IMG/VR virus record: IMGVR_UViG_3300033997_000478
Location: 124,001-188,000 of that record
Strand: one strand, 5' to 3'
Length of the DNA: 64,000 nucleotides
Position numbers and translations under genes: made by a program. Numbering within the stretch: position 1 is the first letter of the stretch; each line of letters begins with the position of its first letter. Of the stretch, positions 9,989 through 18,285 are shown piece after piece. A model generated the notes under the pieces. The model saw only the letters and a list, made by a program, of their open reading frames with translations, did not search any database and was not told where the DNA came from.

Positions 9989-10420
9989 ATGAAGAGTTTT
10001 GAAGAAGTAGCACGTCTGGGTCATTCGGAGTTTCGTAAGGCCCTGCTGCGTTTGCCGCAGATCGAATTCAATCCGGAATGGTCGGGTAATTACCTGTCCA
10101 CTTTGGTGACCTGCAAGTTGTTTGTCAAGCCGGTCTGGTTTGTCGATGAGCGCAGCGGTTGCGTGCTCGTCATTCCGGTGGCGGGTCTGGGCAATATGGT
10201 TGTCTCGGAGATGTGTCCGGGTCAACCCACCACGTACCCATTGTTTGTGGAGTGCGCGGAAGGTTTACCGCTCATCGGTGGTCGTTGGGAAATCACGATC
10301 GACGATGTACGTAGCAAGTGGAGTCAAACCAAGGCGGTAACCAACGCCCGCCTTGACACGCAGTACCTGTTGGACCTGATCACCACGGCCGAAAATCAAG
10401 TAGGCCTCACCCTGGAGTAA
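9989..10420 (+). CDS. Hypothetical protein, apparent paralogue of 32114-32509
   Basis: Shared QIEFNPEW..G.Y / VDE....VLVIP..GNMVV.E pattern. Confidence 0.72.
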   Translation: MKSFEEVARLGHSEFRKALLRLPQIEFNPEWSGNYLSTLVTCKLFVKPVWFVDERSGCVLVIPVAGLGNMVVSEMCPGQPTTYPLFVECAEGLPLIGGRWEITIDDVRSKWSQTKAVTNARLDTQYLLDLITTAENQVGLTLE

Positions 10421-10425
10421 CTGTC

Positions 10426-10800
10426 ATGGAACTTTTCTCTGTTCTGGTTGCTGCGTACCTGGGCCTGGAGTGTCTTGCCAACTTCAACCAGGTCTACGCT
10501 TACGTCAACAAGCGTGAACCCTGGAAGATCACCAAGTGGTCCTCCAACCTGTTCTACAAGTGGCACCCCAAGCTGGGCGTGTTCTACTACCTGATCATGA
10601 TCGCTCTGATGGTGTGCTACACCTTCGGCATGGGCGTGATTGAATCCTGGCTGTTGTTCTTCATGGCGATCATCTACGGTTTCACCACGATCTTTGCCTG
10701 GTTCGTGCTGGCTCGCAAGAGCGAGCACAAGCAGGTGCAGGTGCAGATGAACGCCATCGGGCCGCAGGGTGGAATGACCCCGCCGCCGATCCCGCAGTAA
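10426..10800 (+). CDS. Membrane protein (about 3 TM)
   Basis: Hydrophobic segments; GGAG SD. Confidence 0.75.
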   Translation: MELFSVLVAAYLGLECLANFNQVYAYVNKREPWKITKWSSNLFYKWHPKLGVFYYLIMIALMVCYTFGMGVIESWLLFFMAIIYGFTTIFAWFVLARKSEHKQVQVQMNAIGPQGGMTPPPIPQ

Positions 10801-10957
10801 GCTGTAGCCGCCCCTAGAAGTCTCGTGCTTCTAGGGGCGGTGATGGTGCGTAGTTTTTTCTACGCGTGCTAAGTTGTATGACCCAAGGAGTTCGCATGAA
10901 CCAGATCCCGAGTTTCCCGTTATGCCGATGTAGCGGCTATAACCGGAGACCCACCCA

Positions 10958-11248
10958 ATGTCACGTACTACCCGGCGCAACAAGCGTCACCTGATCCTCG
11001 ACACCCTCGGGGATTTCCCCCGCTTCGTCAACGACATCTTCGGCTGGCCGCGCAGTGCGGTCTTGATGCTCATGTCGTACAGCGCGCTCTACGGAAAGAT
11101 CTGGATTCCGTGCTCGATCGCCATCCTGGCCGCTTTGTTCGTTCCTTTCGATCCCCAGTTGCAGGTGTGGGTGGTTGGTTTGACCATCACCTACCTGGCA
11201 CAGCGGGCCGTGTCCACGTTCATCATCAAGGGTCTGAACACCCCATGA
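10958..11248 (+). CDS. Small protein with Arg-rich N-terminus (MSRTTRR) and hydrophobic C-terminus
   Basis: ORF track; GGAG SD inside a hairpin. Confidence 0.65.
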   Translation: MSRTTRRNKRHLILDTLGDFPRFVNDIFGWPRSAVLMLMSYSALYGKIWIPCSIAILAALFVPFDPQLQVWVVGLTITYLAQRAVSTFIIKGLNTP

Positions 11249-11310
11249 GCAATAGTGCCTATGCGGCCGCAGAGTTAGGTGAGTAGTCTCACTTAACCTG
11301 GAGCCTGAAG

Positions 11311-11646
11311 ATGTCCCGTACTTTCCGTCGTACTCGTAAGAACGCTGTCCAGCAACACATGGGCACCTTTGGCGAGTTCAAGGGATACTGGTGGATGCAG
11401 CAGACCGCTGATCGCAAGGGGATGACCCTGCGTGAACTGTTTGACCTGCACACCCGTCAGTTCCACATGGACCGCGATAACGAAGGCCGTCGCAATCCGC
11501 CCCGTTGGTGGCGCCGTGATTTCGGTGCCAAACGTGTGCGCATTGCCAACAAGCGTATGCTGCAGCGTCATCTGGAATACGACACTTTCGACATGCACAC
11601 CCCGGAGCCGTTCGTGAACCGTCACTTCGTCACGTTCTGGCTCTAA
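11311..11646 (+). CDS. Arg-rich small protein (MSRTFRR...PPRWWRR)
   Basis: ORF track; GGAG SD inside a hairpin. Confidence 0.72.
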   Translation: MSRTFRRTRKNAVQQHMGTFGEFKGYWWMQQTADRKGMTLRELFDLHTRQFHMDRDNEGRRNPPRWWRRDFGAKRVRIANKRMLQRHLEYDTFDMHTPEPFVNRHFVTFWL

Positions 11647-11738
11647 AAGGAGAAATGGCCGATGGCCAAAAATGAAAGGGGACTCAAGCGAGGCAGCCCC
11701 TGCACGCAACGTGCAGGGGGCCTAACCGGAGTCGACCC

Positions 11739-11996
11739 GTGGCAAATCGTACCCGCGCCGAAAGGCGCCATCATTATCGTCGCATGATCGCAAAGCGCAC
11801 TAAGCAGGACGCTACTCGTGGCGTTGGTCTTCCCAACGAAAAGGAGTGGTTGTTTATGCATGCCCGCGTTAGGGCGCGCACGGGCACCCTGTGCTCTTGC
11901 TCTATGTGTTGCTCCCCGCGCTATGTGTACGGTAATGGCAAGGCCGCTAAAACCTGGCAGGAGTTGGCCGCCCTGGAACACTTGAAAGAACGTTAA
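11739..11996 (+). CDS. Arg-rich small protein with CSCSMCCSPR motif
   Basis: GTG start; GGAG SD inside a hairpin. Confidence 0.7.
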   Translation: MANRTRAERRHHYRRMIAKRTKQDATRGVGLPNEKEWLFMHARVRARTGTLCSCSMCCSPRYVYGNGKAAKTWQELAALEHLKER

Positions 11997-12016
11997 CAGC
12001 CTAAATAGGAGGGCTT

Positions 12017-12145
12017 ATGAAGAAGGTACTGGTTATCGGTTTCATGGCCCTCCTGCTGGTGGGCTGTGGCAAGCACCCGGCGCAGCAGGGCATTGAAGAA
12101 GCCTTTGCTGCCGAGAAGGCCAAGAGCACAATCCCCGCCCAATAA
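12017..12145 (+). CDS. Small lipoprotein (42 aa)
   Basis: AGGAGG SD; MKKVLVIGFMALLLVG|C lipobox; absent from the ORF track. Confidence 0.7.
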   Translation: MKKVLVIGFMALLLVGCGKHPAQQGIEEAFAAEKAKSTIPAQ

Positions 12146-12314
12146 GGGCGGGGCTTTATGCCGTTTTAACGGTGTCTGAATGTGCACCAAATGGTCAAAC
12201 CTTGTAGTAGAAAGGGGCGATTCAAAGAGAAGTCAAACCCACACTATCTCCGTGTAAGGGGCCTCCAACCCTTTATGCGGATGCAGTAACCCTTTTATCT
12301 AGCAGGAGAGCGTC

Positions 12315-12572
12315 ATGTACAGTGGCGTGCGTATCGAAGTTCGGGGAGCTACGCCTGAGGATGTGGCTTCCATTGTACAGAAGATCGAAGCGATGCTTGG
12401 GCAGAAGCAGGTCTTCCTCTGTGGCGGTGCCGTAGCGCCATCGGCCGAGGTCTCTAAGATCCTCTCCCCTACAGTGCAGCGAGCTGTCGATCAATCGCAC
12501 CGTTACCCCCTCATCACGATGGCTGACAGTAAACCGTTGGCGATCACCCTCGTAGGACGTTTGGAAGAGTAA
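12315..12572 (+). CDS. Hypothetical protein
   Basis: AGGAG SD; 85 aa. Confidence 0.6.
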   Translation: MYSGVRIEVRGATPEDVASIVQKIEAMLGQKQVFLCGGAVAPSAEVSKILSPTVQRAVDQSHRYPLITMADSKPLAITLVGRLEE

Positions 12573-12628
12573 CGTCCCGAGTTCACCGTTGTATCCACCG
12601 CAGTATCCACACAAGAGAGAATAGCACC

Positions 12629-14101
12629 ATGGGGAACACCCGCTTCAATCGCAGCACTCTGGTCGCTGCAATCCTGGCCCTGGCAGTGTCGGGCCCGACC
12701 TTCGCTCAGACCACGCCGGCACCGTCGTGCCCGCCGGGTACGGCGTCGTGCTCGATCCAAGACCAGCAGATGGGCGATACCGACAACTCGTCCAGTGCCA
12801 ACGGCAGCCATTCCAATGCCAGCCAGTCCGGCACCAGCTCCAACAGCAACCAGTCCGGCAATGCCATGACGGGTAGCTACGACAACTCGTCGCAGAACTC
12901 GTCGACCACCACCGGTGAAATCAACGGTACGATCACCGGCGGCAACACCAGCTCCCAGGGCGGCAGTGCAACCGGCGGTGCCGGCGGTTCGGCCACGGGC
13001 AACCTGAGCAACAACGACAACGACAACCGCTCCTCGGTTGGCAACACGTCCAGCAATTCGGGCGGCAACTCGATGGTGGGTGGCTCCAACACCAACAACA
13101 CCGGTGGCAATTCGGTCACCGGCGGTGATGTCAGCAATACCAACAGCACCGGTGGTAACACCCTGACTGGTGGTGCGCTGACGGGCGGTAACAACACCAG
13201 CAACATGAACGGTGGCAATTCGAGCAACACCAATGGCAACGCCAACAACGTGGCCGGCGGTAACAACACCTCGAACTCCAACCTGACCGGTGGCAATACC
13301 TCCAGCAACAACGCCAATGCGCTGAACGGCGGTAACAACTCGGCCACCACGGGCAACAACACCAACAGCCTGGGCCAGGGTCAGTCCAACGACAACTCCG
13401 GCAACAGCACCAACACCGTTGGCCAGTCGTCCAGCAATGCCAACTCGCAGGGCCAGAGCAGCAGCAACACCAATGGTCAGTCGAGCCGCAACACCAACGC
13501 CCTGAGCAACGGCAGCAACTCCGGTGGCAACCAGACCTCCTCCGGTTCGTCGGCCAACAACAGCGGTGGCAACAACGCCGTCAACATCGACAGCTCCAAC
13601 CGTTCTTCGTACAAGTCGATCTTCATCCCGAGCGTGGTTCCGATGACTCCGCCGTCCACGGTGGCCATTGGCAACATCATCAAGGAAACCACTGCCTGCG
13701 GCCCGCTGCAGGACGTGCAGAAGACCGAAGTGCTGGGCATGTTCATCGGCCTGGTGAAGAAGGTGCGCATCCATCAGGGCTACACCTACGACCTGGTGGA
13801 AAAGCGTGATGCCAACGGCGAACTGCTGCCGTACTACATCCAGCCGCTGAAGGATCGTCCGGGCTACCGCATGTTCGGTCACCAGAAGATCATCTTCGCT
13901 TCGATGGCCGGTGTGTCGTCCAACCGCAATATCGCCCTGGGCGGCGGCAGTGGTAACGGCGACTGGGGTCAGGCCGGTATGGGCAGTTCCTCGTCCAACA
14001 CTCGTATCGTGACCAACATTCAGTTGGCACTGTGCGAGATCGGCACCGTGGAACCGGAAGTGCGTTACATCGAAGTTGCTCCGCGCAAGGGCAAGGAATA
14101 A
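12629..14101 (+). CDS. Secreted Asn/Gly/Ser/Thr-rich low-complexity protein with a Cys-containing C-terminal domain
   Basis: Signal peptide ending TFA|Q; about 280 aa of GGN/SSN repeats. Confidence 0.8.
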   Translation: MGNTRFNRSTLVAAILALAVSGPTFAQTTPAPSCPPGTASCSIQDQQMGDTDNSSSANGSHSNASQSGTSSNSNQSGNAMTGSYDNSSQNSSTTTGEINGTITGGNTSSQGGSATGGAGGSATGNLSNNDNDNRSSVGNTSSNSGGNSMVGGSNTNNTGGNSVTGGDVSNTNSTGGNTLTGGALTGGNNTSNMNGGNSSNTNGNANNVAGGNNTSNSNLTGGNTSSNNANALNGGNNSATTGNNTNSLGQGQSNDNSGNSTNTVGQSSSNANSQGQSSSNTNGQSSRNTNALSNGSNSGGNQTSSGSSANNSGGNNAVNIDSSNRSSYKSIFIPSVVPMTPPSTVAIGNIIKETTACGPLQDVQKTEVLGMFIGLVKKVRIHQGYTYDLVEKRDANGELLPYYIQPLKDRPGYRMFGHQKIIFASMAGVSSNRNIALGGGSGNGDWGQAGMGSSSSNTRIVTNIQLALCEIGTVEPEVRYIEVAPRKGKE

Positions 14102-14160
14102 GCAATATCGGGGGCGGTCTCTGATCGCCCCCTCTCAATCTTTTTACATGGAGAGTTTCA

Positions 14161-14532
14161 ATGTTCGGTTGGTCCAAGCGCCCGAAGAAGGCTAAGAAAG
14201 AAAGCAGGTATCCGCCGGGTTCAAACCCGGCACTTACTCCTGAAGAACGTGAACGTCGCAGGGAGCAGCGAAGGGCTAACGCGCCCTCCCCGGCACCTCC
14301 GCCCGCTCACAGAGATGATTGGCGCAGGATGGAGTTGGACCTTGCCAATACGTCACTTCATCTCTCCGGTCTGCAGAAGACCCTCAACTCGATGACCGAC
14401 CAACTGGCCATGCATGCTGAACGCGATGTCAGGGTGGTGGCCGTCGTCGGACGGGTGTCGCGTGGTGAGCTCGATGCCCAGGCCGGTATCGATCAGATCA
14501 TCCAGTTGTATTTCAACGGGAACACACGATGA
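14161..14532 (+). CDS. Hypothetical protein
   Basis: GGAGAG SD. Confidence 0.65.
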   Translation: MFGWSKRPKKAKKESRYPPGSNPALTPEERERRREQRRANAPSPAPPPAHRDDWRRMELDLANTSLHLSGLQKTLNSMTDQLAMHAERDVRVVAVVGRVSRGELDAQAGIDQIIQLYFNGNTR

Positions 14533-14939
14533 CCAGCAATACCAATCCGTTCAATCCTGATGCCAAGATCGAGATCGACGTGCCGGCTGATGGTGAGTCA
14601 TTCCAAGACTGGATGGACAAGACACCCTTTGATCCAATGCGGTTCGCTACGTCGTTGCTCGACGCTGAGCAGCGCGCACATGGACTTGAGTGGCTGAAGA
14701 TCCTGCGTCGGACTGCCGCAGACCTCGACGCCGGTGTGATCAAGCGCGATGAGTTCATCAACGAACGCAACATCGCCAGTGCGGCACATCGACTGGGTCA
14801 TTTTGCTTATGCCCAAATGGGTGTCGAAAAGCTGATGGCCATTGCTGAGGACACCAAGGACCCCCATCGACAGGAGTTGTTCCTCAAGCTGATCTTGGCG
14901 CTGGAAGAGCGTCAGAAATACACCCACCGTTCTTTCTGA
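14529..14939 (+). CDS. Hypothetical protein
   Basis: ATGA overlap with the previous gene. Confidence 0.7.
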   Translation: MTSNTNPFNPDAKIEIDVPADGESFQDWMDKTPFDPMRFATSLLDAEQRAHGLEWLKILRRTAADLDAGVIKRDEFINERNIASAAHRLGHFAYAQMGVEKLMAIAEDTKDPHRQELFLKLILALEERQKYTHRSF

Positions 14940-14950
14940 GGGCTGCGAAC

Positions 14951-15343
14951 ATGTTTTCTCTCTGGGCAACCCGCTACCTTGAAGACGGGGTGGTTCATCT
15001 CCACCTGGATACGGTCGACACCGCAACTGGCGATGTGATCCAAGTCCTCAACGAAGCACAGGCCGCCGAGATCCAGTCGATGGTGGGGCGGTATCCAGGC
15101 ATCGCCTACCGAACTCCCAACTTCGTGTATATCACGTTGGGTCCGGTGGGTAATTACCTGCTGGAACATTTCCCGGACACGTTCTCCCACATGGTCCATT
15201 ACGACCCGCGTCTCTTGACGTCGCCGTTGAAGACCAACATCCACACCGACCTGCCGCCCTGCGAGAACGGCCCCGGCCCCCTGTCCATGCGCGTCCCTGC
15301 CGGTGAACCGCTGCCGATTTTGATGCCACTACTGAAGGAATGA
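14951..15343 (+). CDS. Hypothetical protein
   Basis: ORF track. Confidence 0.7.
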   Translation: MFSLWATRYLEDGVVHLHLDTVDTATGDVIQVLNEAQAAEIQSMVGRYPGIAYRTPNFVYITLGPVGNYLLEHFPDTFSHMVHYDPRLLTSPLKTNIHTDLPPCENGPGPLSMRVPAGEPLPILMPLLKE

Positions 15344-15697
15344 ATGATGGACGCAGTAACTGTATTCGTGGCCAAGGCGTTGATCTGCTTCGCAGGTCAG
15401 TGTCACCCGGCACTGGTGGGGCATGACACAATCCCCGGTACGTACGACATGTCGATCCTGTACACGCAGCAGCGTGGCTACGGTGGCGACGTGCTGATGT
15501 ACGACTCGGATGATCGCAGCTGGAATGCCATCCACTCCACCTACACGCTCGATCCGCGCCGCAAGCGCGAGGAGCTGTACCTGAACACCACGGCCGCCGA
15601 GCGGACCGTGACGGCCGGCTGCGTGAACGTTGAGCCGGAGATCTATCAGGATCTGCGCGACAACTACCGCAACCTCCCGCTGGTGATCATGCCGTGA
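15344..15697 (+). CDS. L,D-transpeptidase (YkuD-like) domain protein
   Basis: PALVG..T.PG.Y, AIH and TAGCVNV (His/Cys catalytic motif). Confidence 0.7.
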   Translation: MMDAVTVFVAKALICFAGQCHPALVGHDTIPGTYDMSILYTQQRGYGGDVLMYDSDDRSWNAIHSTYTLDPRRKREELYLNTTAAERTVTAGCVNVEPEIYQDLRDNYRNLPLVIMP

Positions 15698-15777
15698 TGC
15701 GGTTTCTGATCCGCATGATCACTTTCCGGTTCGCCGGACCCAGCATCACCCTCCCGATGTAACTACAAGGACTAGCA

Positions 15778-16254
15778 ATGCGTATTGTCAAACGAGCTGA
15801 ACTTCTGCAGCAGCCGCACGGCACCATGTTCTCCAAGTGCAAATCGCTGTCTTTCGACGACCTGTACATCTTCTTGGGTCCGTTCGGCAACGACTTCGTC
15901 TATGATTCCCTGCTCGGTATCGATTTCGGGAATCCGGCGAACGTGGACAAAGCGACGGACGCACTGGAGGATTCCTCCATCGAGGTCGACATCGATCTCT
16001 ACTGTTCCGCACGCTGGGGTAACTTTGACGAAGAAGAAACCTTCGCCATCTACTCCGCCGAAGAGCAGGCCGCGTTCATCGCTCGCATCCAGTACGCACT
16101 GTACCGGCGCCTGGTTACCGAATCCCCGCAGTTCCCGGAACACCTGATCACCGTGGTGTCCCCACACGCGGACGTCGTTGAACATTCCACCAACATCATC
16201 AAGGGCGTGTTCCAAGACGCCATCGTCCTCGGCTCCGTTCGCGCCAAAGACTGA
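15778..16254 (+). CDS. Hypothetical protein (paralogue of next gene)
   Basis: Starts MRIVKRAELLQQPHGTMFS. Confidence 0.75.
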   Translation: MRIVKRAELLQQPHGTMFSKCKSLSFDDLYIFLGPFGNDFVYDSLLGIDFGNPANVDKATDALEDSSIEVDIDLYCSARWGNFDEEETFAIYSAEEQAAFIARIQYALYRRLVTESPQFPEHLITVVSPHADVVEHSTNIIKGVFQDAIVLGSVRAKD

Positions 16255-16279
16255 CCCCTCCCTTCCAAGGATAGCAATC

Positions 16280-16636
16280 ATGCGTATCGTCACCCTGCAG
16301 CAGATGCTGCGTGAACCCAACGGCACTGTCTTCTCGGTGGAGCAGTTCGAGAACATCAACGATCTGTTCATCAAGACCGGCAACCGTGAAGACGGCAAGG
16401 GCATCTTGCACAACACCCTGATCGCTCCGCGCGACAACCCCGAACGCGGCGATGCGCTCGAAGCGATCGAACGTGCCATCGAAGATCCTGACCACGTGAT
16501 CGACCTGAACTTCGACGCCGTCCACAGCTTCACCCGACGCGACGAAGTCAACATCTGCATCTACGACATCGGCGAGATCAACCAGATGATCGCCAAGCTG
16601 CAGAACGCCCTCCACATCCTGCCGATCCGGCAGTAA
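16280..16636 (+). CDS. Hypothetical protein (paralogue of previous gene)
   Basis: Starts MRIVTLQQMLREPNGTVFS. Confidence 0.75.
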   Translation: MRIVTLQQMLREPNGTVFSVEQFENINDLFIKTGNREDGKGILHNTLIAPRDNPERGDALEAIERAIEDPDHVIDLNFDAVHSFTRRDEVNICIYDIGEINQMIAKLQNALHILPIRQ

Positions 16637-16646
16637 GGTAACGATC

Positions 16647-16946
16647 ATGTCCAAGCTCTACAAAAGTGTCTACGATGGTGAAGAAGACGGCGACTTCGTC
16701 ATGGATCCCGATGGTGATGTTCTGGTGTTCTGCTCCGAACCCAGCGATGCGTCGCTACTGGTGGAACACCTGAACGAGCCGCTGTATGGTGGTGGTTACA
16801 CCATCGAAGATCCGGAAGAAGACGAGGAAGAAGGCGACGAAGAGCCGCTGTTCACGCTGCTCGATCCGGAAGGCGACGACATCTTCTACCATGAAAGTCG
16901 TGCCGTGCTGGAAACCCTGATCAGCCACCTGAACCGCCTGCAGTAA
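16647..16946 (+). CDS. Very acidic small protein with internal duplication
   Basis: DPDGD..F...LVEHLN repeated as DPEGDD.F...LISHLN. Confidence 0.7.
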   Translation: MSKLYKSVYDGEEDGDFVMDPDGDVLVFCSEPSDASLLVEHLNEPLYGGGYTIEDPEEDEEEGDEEPLFTLLDPEGDDIFYHESRAVLETLISHLNRLQ

Positions 16947-16979
16947 CACCCAAGCAATACCCACACATGGAGAGTAGGA

Positions 16980-17168
16980 ATGTCCCGATACAAGGACGCC
17001 GTAGCTAAACCCGGCAGCTGGCTTGCGCAGTTCCAAGCCAGCCGTCCCACCCGCATGAAGCGTTTCCCCAATGCTCAAGAAGAGGCCGAAGACTACGAGC
17101 CCGCTGAGTTGGAAATGTCTGACGAACCCATCCGCTTGGACTCGCCTGAGTTCGACTTCTTTGATTGA
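16980..17168 (+). CDS. Hypothetical protein
   Basis: GGAGAG SD. Confidence 0.6.
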   Translation: MSRYKDAVAKPGSWLAQFQASRPTRMKRFPNAQEEAEDYEPAELEMSDEPIRLDSPEFDFFD

Positions 17169-17180
17169 AAGGAATCCATC

Positions 17181-17594
17181 ATGCTGCCCCATGTAATCGT
17201 TAAGCCTGATCCGCTGGTGTTCAGCGATGGTCAGGAAATTGAAGTCGCCATTCAAGTCATCGCTAAAGACAGCGACACCCTTGCTACGCTCGGCATCAAG
17301 TTGGTCAGGTACAAGAAAAAGACCTACGCGATGCTGACCAAGATCGAGGGTCCGGTTGAACAGTTCGCTCGTTTTGCTGAGACGATGGTGGCTGTGATCA
17401 AGCGATGCATTGCCGGCTGGGAGTGCTGGGCTGTCGAGAAGGATCTTTTTGCCATCGATCCTGAGATCTACGACGTGCTCCCTCACAGCGTGCTTGATTT
17501 CGTCGAGATCGACGACGAGTTGTTGTTCTTCAGTTCCAAGGGCGTGGCGCATTTCAGCGACACCGTCCCGCTGTACAAGATCGAGATGGCTTAG
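17181..17594 (+). CDS. Hypothetical protein
   Basis: AAGGA SD. Confidence 0.7.
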   Translation: MLPHVIVKPDPLVFSDGQEIEVAIQVIAKDSDTLATLGIKLVRYKKKTYAMLTKIEGPVEQFARFAETMVAVIKRCIAGWECWAVEKDLFAIDPEIYDVLPHSVLDFVEIDDELLFFSSKGVAHFSDTVPLYKIEMA

Positions 17595-17692
17595 TTCCAC
17601 CTGTTGTAATCCCAGTGTTGTACCGTGCATTGGGCGCTGGCGGGCGCCCTTTGCACACCTTTCCAACCCGCCTAGAGAAGAGAGAGCAAACC

Positions 17693-18196
17693 ATGAAGAT
17701 GATCAAGAGCATGCTGGCCGTGGCCCTGCTGGCCGTTTCGTCCGTCGCCATGGCCCAGTCGGCCGGCGCTGGTGGTACCGTGGGTGTGGGCGCAGTCGGC
17801 GGTGCCGGCTACACCAAGACCGACTACGCCTCCAATGCCACCGGCAACGCCAGCTCCTCCACCGGTGGTGGCGGCATGGCCCAGTCCAACGTCCAGGGCA
17901 CCGGCTTCAGCGCCCAGGCCAACGTTGGCGCCGGCCAGACCAGCGCGTACTCCAACGCCGAAATCGGCAAGGGCTACGTGAACACCAACACCGGCGGCTC
18001 CAACACCGTCTACAACACCTCGGCCGGCTACACCATCGGCAACGCTGCCGGTACCGCTGAAGGCCAGGTCGGTGGCGACTACAGCTCCAAGGCCGTCGGC
18101 AACCACGCCACCAGCTACACCGGTTCGGACGTGACCGGCTACGTGTACCTGGGTGCCGGCTTCAACATCGGCGTGTACCAGTACACCCAGCCGTAA
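17693..18196 (+). CDS. Secreted Gly/Ala/Ser/Thr-rich protein
   Basis: Signal peptide MKMIKSMLAVALLAVSSVAMA|Q; beta-prone low complexity; extreme codon bias. Confidence 0.8.
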   Translation: MKMIKSMLAVALLAVSSVAMAQSAGAGGTVGVGAVGGAGYTKTDYASNATGNASSSTGGGGMAQSNVQGTGFSAQANVGAGQTSAYSNAEIGKGYVNTNTGGSNTVYNTSAGYTIGNAAGTAEGQVGGDYSSKAVGNHATSYTGSDVTGYVYLGAGFNIGVYQYTQP

Positions 18197-18285
18197 GCGA
18201 TCCCTGCGAAGGGGGAACGGGGATCGGCCCTCACCGAGGGCCGTCCCTACCTGCAACACAACGTCCCTAAGGGGGAGTTCTTTCC

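Noticed and set aside
12186-12300. c-di-GMP-I riboswitch-like sequence (GGTCAAACC...GAAA)
   Set aside because: The required P2 stem and GCAAAGC context could not be formed.
12780-13600. CRISPR array or DNA-level tandem repeat
   Set aside because: The repeats are degenerate codon-level GGN/SSN protein repeats with no constant repeat-spacer period; no CRISPR array or cas gene seen in the window.
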